A stretch of DNA of 64,000 nucleotides, taken from assembly GCA_963840855.1 (NCBI GenBank), contig CAWJBB010000040.1, forward strand, positions 263,707-327,706, read 5' to 3'. The position numbers and the translations under genes are program-made. Under the pieces are notes generated by a model, which searched no databases, had not been told where the DNA came from, and was given only the letters and a program-made list of their open reading frames with translations. Of this stretch, positions 56,855 to 64,000 are shown piece after piece; the stretch's first letter is position 1; each line of letters opens with the position of its first letter. This DNA comes from an uncultured delta proteobacterium. Lineage in GTDB: Bacteria; Desulfobacterota; Binatia; UBA9968.

Positions 56855-57841
56855 TCATGTCAAGGTGGTTATCTCAGCGTGATGTTCCAACTCGCCGATG
56901 ACCTTTTCCGGCAAAAACTCCGTGAGACATTTTCTATGCGGGCAACTTTTCATAACGTCGAGATCGCATGGCGAGCAAGCAACATCAAGACTCAGCAGCC
57001 GGACTTTGGGGCCTCTGGGCGCCCAGCGCCGCGCGTCCGAAGGACCGAACAATGCCACGGTCGGCGCGCCAACGGCGGCTGCAAGGTGGGTAATACCGCT
57101 GTCGTTGCCGAGATAGAGGTCGCCGCGGCACAGTAATGCCGCGACTTGAGCCAGGTTCAAATTCTGCGCCGAGATGAAGTCAACGGCCAAAGCGTCAAGG
57201 CCGCCCCGCTCCTGTTCCGCCGGGCCGAGAAGAACAATCACTGCGCCGCCGCTACGCCCGCGCCACCACCGGGCAACCGCGGCGAAGTAAGCTGCCGGCC
57301 AGTTTTTCTCCCTGGCGCCGCTTCCAGGCGTCAACACGAGCACCGCTTTTTCCTTGAGCGCATATCGGTCCCAGAACTCTTCGCGCCATTTAACGGCTTC
57401 GGGCCGGAGCGGAATGTTTACAGCGCCGCAATGGTTTTGGGGAAATCCGAGGCACGATAGATAGTAATCTGTTTGATGCGTCGTTGAGTTCGCGCCGCGA
57501 AACGCGAACAGCCGCGCCCGTCCCGCCGCTACCGCGCCGAGTCCTTCGGCGAAAACAGGCAGACTGCTCCCCGTCCACGAGTAAATCCGCTCGTAGGGCG
57601 AAAAAAAATCGCGCACGCGCCGTTCGAAAGCGCCGCCGGCGACAAACAGCCGGTTAATCTCATATCGTTCTAGCGTGCCAACTGGAATATCTCGAGGCAC
57701 GATATCGGCAAATTCAGTTTTGGCAAACACTTCGAGCTGCGCGTTCTTGGCCAGCGCGTGGAGAGCGGGAATCAAACAGACGAAATCCCCCAACGCGCCG
57801 GGGAAGAGAACGGCGATACGCGGCTTGTTTAGGTCGGTCAT
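56855..57841 (-). CDS. glycosyltransferase family 9 (heptosyltransferase-like)
   Basis: GNDSGITHLAAAVGAPTVALFGPS motif. Confidence 0.85.
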   Translation of the reverse strand: MTDLNKPRIAVLFPGALGDFVCLIPALHALAKNAQLEVFAKTEFADIVPRDIPVGTLERYEINRLFVAGGAFERRVRDFFSPYERIYSWTGSSLPVFAEGLGAVAAGRARLFAFRGANSTTHQTDYYLSCLGFPQNHCGAVNIPLRPEAVKWREEFWDRYALKEKAVLVLTPGSGAREKNWPAAYFAAVARWWRGRSGGAVIVLLGPAEQERGGLDALAVDFISAQNLNLAQVAALLCRGDLYLGNDSGITHLAAAVGAPTVALFGPSDARRWAPRGPKVRLLSLDVACSPCDLDVMKSCPHRKCLTEFLPEKVIGELEHHAEITTLT

Positions 57842-57873
57842 GGGTCAGTAGTGTGGTGTGCACATAATTCAAT

Positions 57874-57960
57874 CGTCATTCCGGGCAAGCTGGCGATAGC
57901 TAGCGCGATCCGGAATCCAGGAAAATCAACTAACTCTGGATGCTTTCGCGGGCATGACGG
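57874..57960. repeat. palindromic REP/MITE-like element upstream of cysK
   Basis: Outer arms cgtcattccgggcaagc and gctttcgcgggcatgacg. Inner stem atccag (57915-57920) and ctggat (57936-57941). Confidence 0.35.
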
Positions 57961-58134
57961 TGAGAGACCACCGACTTCTTTTACGAACATTCGTTCCAGG
58001 ACACTAGAGCACTTTCCAAAACTGTTCTGGACAGTTTCACAGCTTACGTTTCATTGACAATACTAGAGCAAGCATATAGCATTATTTCTTAACCGATTCG
58101 AACTTCACTCCCATCAAGAGAAACGAGCATAACT

Positions 58135-59088
58135 GTGGCAAGGATGAACGGCGCCCGATCCATTTTGGATTTGATCGGCTCCACTCCGGTCGTCAAGCTG
58201 AGAAACATTCCGGGTAAAGACGACGCCGAGGTGTGGGCCAAAATGGAATCATTCAACCCCGGCGGCTCCGTCAAAGACCGAATTTGTTTCAATATGATCG
58301 AGTGCGCTGAGCGCGAGGGTAAAATCAAGCCCGGCGCCACCATCGTCGAACCCACCAGCGGCAACACCGGCATCGGCCTGGCGCTGATCGCGGCCGTGAA
58401 GGGTTACCGGCTGATTTTAACCATGCCCGACACCATGAGCGAAGAACGGCGCAGCCTCCTCGCCGCCTACGGCGCCCAATTGATTTTGACTCCGGATACC
58501 AAAGGCATGGGGGGCGCGATCCACAAGGCCGAAGAGTTGATACAACAGCATAGCGATTATTACATGCCACAGCAGTTCAACAACCCGGCAAATCCGGAAA
58601 TGCACCGCAAAACTACGGCGGTGGAGCTGCTGAAACAGTTCAAGCGCATCGACGCATTCGTCGCCGGCGTAGGAACCGGCGGCACCATCACCGGCGTCGG
58701 GGAAGTTTTTAAAGACAAAATGAAAAACGTCCACATCGTGGCGGTGGAGCCGGCGTCCTCGCCCGTGATTTCCGGCGGCGAGCCCGGCTACCATAAAATC
58801 CAGGGCATTGGCGCTGGGTTCATCCCTGCGGTGCTAAACCGCGACATTTTGGACGAGATCATAAGGGTCAGCGACGAAGAAGCGATTACTCACGCCCGCC
58901 GCTTGGCGGCACAGGAAGGCCTGCTCGTCGGTATTTCCTCCGGCGCGGCTTGCGCTGCGGCGCTGAAGGTCGCCAAGACTCTGGGGAAAGGCCATGTCGT
59001 GGTCACCATTTTCGCCGATAAAGGCGAACACTATCTGAGTACCGATTTGTTCGGCGACAAGCGATGGACACAAAGCTCGACCAACTAG
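58135..59088 (+). CDS. cysK: cysteine synthase A (O-acetylserine sulfhydrylase)
   Basis: PLP lysine context [10 protein letters not shown] and [10 protein letters not shown] loop. The ATG at 58144 is an alternative start. Confidence 0.9.
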   Translation: MARMNGARSILDLIGSTPVVKLRNIPGKDDAEVWAKMESFNPGGSVKDRICFNMIECAEREGKIKPGATIVEPTSGNTGIGLALIAAVKGYRLILTMPDTMSEERRSLLAAYGAQLILTPDTKGMGGAIHKAEELIQQHSDYYMPQQFNNPANPEMHRKTTAVELLKQFKRIDAFVAGVGTGGTITGVGEVFKDKMKNVHIVAVEPASSPVISGGEPGYHKIQGIGAGFIPAVLNRDILDEIIRVSDEEAITHARRLAAQEGLLVGISSGAACAAALKVAKTLGKGHVVVTIFADKGEHYLSTDLFGDKRWTQSSTN

Positions 59089-59876
59089 AGAGCATCCTCC
59101 GTCAAACCGGCGGCGTCATGGTGGCGTTTTCGGCGGGCGTCGACTCGACTTTCCTGCTGAAAGTTGCCCACAGCGTCCTTGGTGACCAGGCTGTCGCGTT
59201 GACCGCTTCTTCTCCCACCGTGGCGCCGGGAGAACTCGATGCCGCTAAGGAATTCGCCGGCGGCTTGGGCTGCCGTCACATCATCGTAGAATCGCACGAG
59301 CTCGCCAACCCTTCCTTCTCGCAGAACCCGGCGAATCGCTGTTTTTTCTGCAAAGACGAGCTGTATCGAATCTGCCGGGATCAGGCGCGCCAGATCGGCA
59401 TCAATGTCATCGTCGATGGCACCAATCTGGACGACCTCAAGGATCACCGCCCAGGCCTCAAAGCCGCCAACGCATTTGGCATACGTCACCCGCTAGTGGA
59501 AGCCGCGCTGACCAAAGACGATATCCGCCGCTATAGCCGGGAGCTGAGCCTGCCGACCTGGGATAAGCCGTCGAGCCCCTGCCTCTCGTCGCGTTTTCCC
59601 TATGGCACGGAAATCAATCTCGAACGGCTGAAGAAAATCGCCGCTTGCGAAGTTTTCCTGAAAGAACTTCGTTTTCGCGAATTTCGCGTGCGCTACCACG
59701 GCGATCTCGCGCGCATCGAGGTCGCCCCCGGTGAGCTCGAGCGGTTGATGGAAAAAAATACCCGGGAGGCCGTGGTGCGCAGATTCAAAGAGGTAGGTTT
59801 CAACTATATCAGCCTTGATTTGCAAGGCTACCGCACGGGCAGCATGAACGAGGCGCTCGCCGCGAAACCGGGTTAG
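59064..59876 (+). CDS. larE: PP-loop ATP-dependent sulfur transferase, LarE family
   Basis: FSAGVDS PP-loop and the [12 protein letters not shown] cysteine motif, 270 aa. Overlaps the cysK 3' end by 25 nt. Confidence 0.8.
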   Translation: MDTKLDQLESILRQTGGVMVAFSAGVDSTFLLKVAHSVLGDQAVALTASSPTVAPGELDAAKEFAGGLGCRHIIVESHELANPSFSQNPANRCFFCKDELYRICRDQARQIGINVIVDGTNLDDLKDHRPGLKAANAFGIRHPLVEAALTKDDIRRYSRELSLPTWDKPSSPCLSSRFPYGTEINLERLKKIAACEVFLKELRFREFRVRYHGDLARIEVAPGELERLMEKNTREAVVRRFKEVGFNYISLDLQGYRTGSMNEALAAKPG

Positions 59877-60572
59877 GGAATCCGCCCTTGGCGGATCAAA
59901 GTTTCAGCAAGCCAGATATCGTCCGGCACGGTAATTTTGAAATTGGTCCTTTCGCCGTCGAGGAGAAAGACTCTCTCGCCTTTTTTTTCCACCAGCATTG
60001 CGTCATCGGTCGCCTCAATTTTCTCCCGCGCGGCCCAGGCATGGGCCGCCGAGATGATCTCGCGCTTGAATACCTGCGGGGTCTGAATCTCCCATAAGGA
60101 ATCGCGCCGCGGCGTGGTTTCAATCCAATGGTCCGCGGCGACGATTTTGATCGTATCCCGCACCGGCAACCCGACCACTACCGCCCCCTTGTCGCGGGCA
60201 ACTTCAACGGAGCGATCGATGAGCTCCGGCGACACAAATGGCCTGGCGCCGTCGTGTATCGCGATGATCTCGGCGTCATCGCCGGCCTTTTCCAGACCTC
60301 GCCTTACCGATTCCTGCCTGGTGGCGCCACCGCTCTGTAAAACCCACGGGCGATTTCTCGACGTCGCGTCCGCCTGAAGCATCGCTTCCGCATGGGACAG
60401 TTGATCGGCGGCAACAACGACAACGATTCTGCCGATGGTACGCGCTGAGTAGAACCGGTCCATGAGTGCGCAGCATCATCGCCCGGCCGCAAAGCGGCAG
60501 AAAAATCTTCGGCGGATTACCCCCGATTCTGCGGCCTTCGCCGGCGGCGACGATTATCGCGATGGCGTCCAT
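59873..60572 (-). CDS. ispD: 2-C-methyl-D-erythritol 4-phosphate cytidylyltransferase, frame-broken at about 60460
   Basis: The N-terminus MDAIAIIVAAGEGRRIGGNPPKIFLPLCGRAMMLRT (ORF 60276-60572) continues in another frame as MDRFYSARTIGRIVVVV...IHDGARPFV...QTPQVF (ORF 59873-60463). Confidence 0.8.
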
Positions 60573-60580
60573 TATTTAGT

Positions 60581-60617
60581 AAAAACAAAAAAAGCCGAGG
60601 GATACTTCCCTTCGGCT
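60581..60617 (-). terminator. rho-independent terminator/attenuator between carD and ispD
   Basis: The minus strand has a 9-bp stem (agccgaagg/cctcggct type, one G-U pair) followed by TTTTTTTGTTTTT. Confidence 0.6.
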
Positions 60618-60652
60618 CTTTCTAGCGGTCAATTTATGAATCGGCCAGTAAC

Positions 60653-61135
60653 TCAGTGCGTAAATATATGGCGCAGTTCCTCCATGATCTTTTCCTCGGA
60701 ATGCGCCCGCGCGATGGATAATTCCTTCACCAGAAGATTGCGCGCGGTGTCGAGCATTTTCCGCTCGCCGAAGGAAAGCTCCTTGTCGCCCTTGAGCACG
60801 AAAAGGTCGCGCAGCACCGTGGCGATTTCGAGCACGGAGCCCGTTTTGATTTTCTCCGTATATTCACGATAGCGTCGATTCCATGTCTGTTGATCCGTTT
60901 CAACCTTTTTTTGCCGCAAAATTTTGTAGACCTTTGTAACCATCGCGCGGTCGATCACTTTGCGCAACCCCACCGAGTCGACATTGTCGATGGGAATCAT
61001 AATCTTCATACCGGTTTCAAGAATTCGCATCATGTAAAACTTCTTCTCGGTACCGGAGATGGCGTTGGTCCGTATCGCCTCGATTTCCCCCACTCCATGA
61101 GCGGGGTATACTACCTTCTCACCTACTTTGAACAT
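60653..61135 (-). CDS. carD: CarD-family transcriptional regulator
   Basis: MFKVGEKVVYPAHGVGEIEAI RNAP-interaction domain. Confidence 0.9.
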   Translation of the reverse strand: MFKVGEKVVYPAHGVGEIEAIRTNAISGTEKKFYMMRILETGMKIMIPIDNVDSVGLRKVIDRAMVTKVYKILRQKKVETDQQTWNRRYREYTEKIKTGSVLEIATVLRDLFVLKGDKELSFGERKMLDTARNLLVKELSIARAHSEEKIMEELRHIFTH

Positions 61136-61505
61136 CGGAAACCTCCTCGCGAAGACGAGACCCGACTCGTAATCGGCCTTTCGTGTAAGATGGCTGTTTG
61201 GATTGTTTGGCAGAAGAGCAGTGATTTTGGTCGGAACAGTGGCGTAAATACTATTCGGCGCGGGTAATGCGTTCCAATTAACATGCCGTTTTTTGCCACA
61301 TAGTCAACAAACAATCGGCCTACTTACGGCCCGCTCATTTGCTGTAACGTACCTTTAACTTATACACCACGATTTGCGGGGCCGTCAAGAGAACCGCTGT
61401 AGAGACAAAAGAAATAGAAATGACTTTTCAATAGATTAGGCGTTAACTATTCATGCCTAAACGTTCTCTTTTGGCAGGCAAGAATAGCGGGCTGAATGCC
61501 GGTCG

Positions 61506-61913
61506 CTAGCTGAGTTCCAGAGACATGAGAAAGGCATCTTCTCCGTCATCCGAATAGTAACCTTTGCGCACGCCGGTGACGGCAAAGCCCATGGATTCAT
61601 AGAGCTTTTGAGCGGGCAGGTTGGATTTTCTAACTTCTAGCGTGATTCGGGAAGACGCGCGGCCACGGGCCTCGAGCACAACCTGCTCCAGGAGGCGACG
61701 ACCCAAACCGCGGCGCCGACAATCGCTATGCACCGCAACATTATGGATATCGATCGCGCCCGGCAGCAACCAGAAAAGGATGTAGCCAGCGATCCGGCCA
61801 TCGATTTCAGCCAGAATCGAGCGCGCGTATTCTGCCTGCATCTCCTGGCGAAAGAACCGTTCGCTCCAAGGGTATGCGTATGCGGTTCGTTCGATGGCCA
61901 TGACATCAGCCAT
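61506..61913 (-). CDS. rimI: ribosomal-protein-alanine N-acetyltransferase
   Basis: GNAT motif A RRRGLGRRLL and a YAYPWS N-terminal motif. The start is uncertain: the ORF stays open to 62114, which would overlap the upstream gene by 89 nt. Confidence 0.75.
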   Translation of the reverse strand: MADVMAIERTAYAYPWSERFFRQEMQAEYARSILAEIDGRIAGYILFWLLPGAIDIHNVAVHSDCRRRGLGRRLLEQVVLEARGRASSRITLEVRKSNLPAQKLYESMGFAVTGVRKGYYSDDGEDAFLMSLELS

Positions 61914-62025
61914 GTCCGCCAGAGTTATAGGCCGGAAGGTTAACTGGCCGCCGGACGCAAAAGAGCCATAGGTAGCATGATCATCTTGTGGCTCCTTTTG
62001 GAATAGGCCGCTCCAGAATTTCGGA

Positions 62026-63483
<1,458 letters not shown>

Positions 63484-63502
63484 TCAATGTTTCGCGCCCT
63501 TC

Positions 63503-63531
63503 TTGAATGTCGCGAAAGGATCATGTTAGCT
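63503..63531 (+). promoter_or_regulatory. possible sigma-70 promoter of tRNA-Cys
   Basis: TTGAAT, 17 nt spacer, TTAGCT, ending 11 nt before the tRNA 5' end. The -10 element is weak. Confidence 0.25.
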
Positions 63532-63542
63532 AATTCCTCTGG

Positions 63543-63618
63543 GGCGGCGTACCCAAGTGGTTAAGGGAGAGGTCTGCAAAACCTCGATGCAGCGGTTCGA
63601 ATCCGCTCGCCGCCTCCA
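63543..63618 (+). tRNA. tRNA-Cys (GCA), CCA encoded
   Basis: Hand-folded cloverleaf. Acceptor GGCGGCG/CGCCGCC, anticodon stem gaggt/acctc with loop cuGCAaa, T arm agcgg-TTCGAAT-ccgct, U73 discriminator typical of tRNA-Cys. Confidence 0.93.
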
Positions 63619-63836
63619 ATTTCTTATCGAATACCAATCGCCTCCTTTTTCCTCGCGTAAACTGAGTGTAAGCTTCCTCGCTGATTTAGAGTCGGCACGC
63701 CAGGGCTTCGCCGCCCGTTATCAGGCGGCCGCCATATTTACGGGCTGTCCTGGAGTGAGCAATCCTGCATTTCCAAGAGTTTTAAGTCGCTTTTCATCAT
63801 ACTCGCGTGCGGCATACCGCTAGCTTTACCCGGTGC

Positions 63837-64000
63837 ATGGACCCACTGCTCACTTTTAAGGCGGTAAGCCTTTCGGTAATCGCACTATGTGCATTGACGG
63901 GGCTTTTCCTCTTATTGATTTCTGCAAGGAAAGAACGCGATTTTGGCCCTCCGCTCAAAGGCGTCGTCATGTTTGCCTTTGTCGTTGTGGGGCTATGCGC
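63837..64000 (+). CDS. partial ORF, hydrophobic N-terminus (runs off the window)
   Basis: ATG at 63837 and 54 open codons (MDPLLTFKAVSLSVIALCALTGLFLLLISARKE...) with two hydrophobic stretches. Confidence 0.3.
   Translation, partial: MDPLLTFKAVSLSVIALCALTGLFLLLISARKERDFGPPLKGVVMFAFVVVGLC

Noticed and set aside
63557-63823. 88-aa ORF in the track.
   Set aside because: Its 5' end is the translated tRNA-Cys gene and the rest has no coding character.

Overview
GC-rich bacterial chromosomal window with one tRNA (Cys), no rRNA and no CRISPR array. All calls come from reading the sequence and ORF track by eye; no searches were run. Both flanks are ordinary, intact housekeeping genes: thiE, ugd, dnaB and queF on the left; ilvD, mutM, rsmA, tsaD, PBP1A, degP, cysK, carD and rimI on the right. 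The centre is a molybdo/tungsto-enzyme neighbourhood. It holds a mobA-moaD fusion plus an aldehyde:ferredoxin oxidoreductase (8.6-11.4 kb), and a selenocysteine formate dehydrogenase operon, fdnG-fdnH-nrfD-like-lipoprotein-fdhE (36.7-42.9 kb). A roughly 24-kb accessory segment separates the two. That segment is bracketed by a 1.07-kb direct repeat (the aor 3' end plus a small ORF) that is about 98 percent identical, with almost only synonymous differences. The segment carries redox and stress genes: SOD, hemerythrin, DUF2231, a NOX-like ferric reductase, a USP and a VOC protein. It also carries a sigma-54 two-component locus with two good sigma-54 promoter motifs, a sensor-PP2C/RsbW/RsbV partner-switching module with no sigma factor, a transposase remnant and several gene fragments. 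At least 14 of the roughly 17 frame breaks I can see lie between 17.6 and 39.2 kb, many at homopolymer runs. This is either a decaying island or a locally poor consensus. Other points are a dispersed family of GAAC-periodic tandem or hairpin repeats in intergenic gaps, a frame-broken ispD, and an unusual ferredoxin-membrane-HSP20-like fusion protein.
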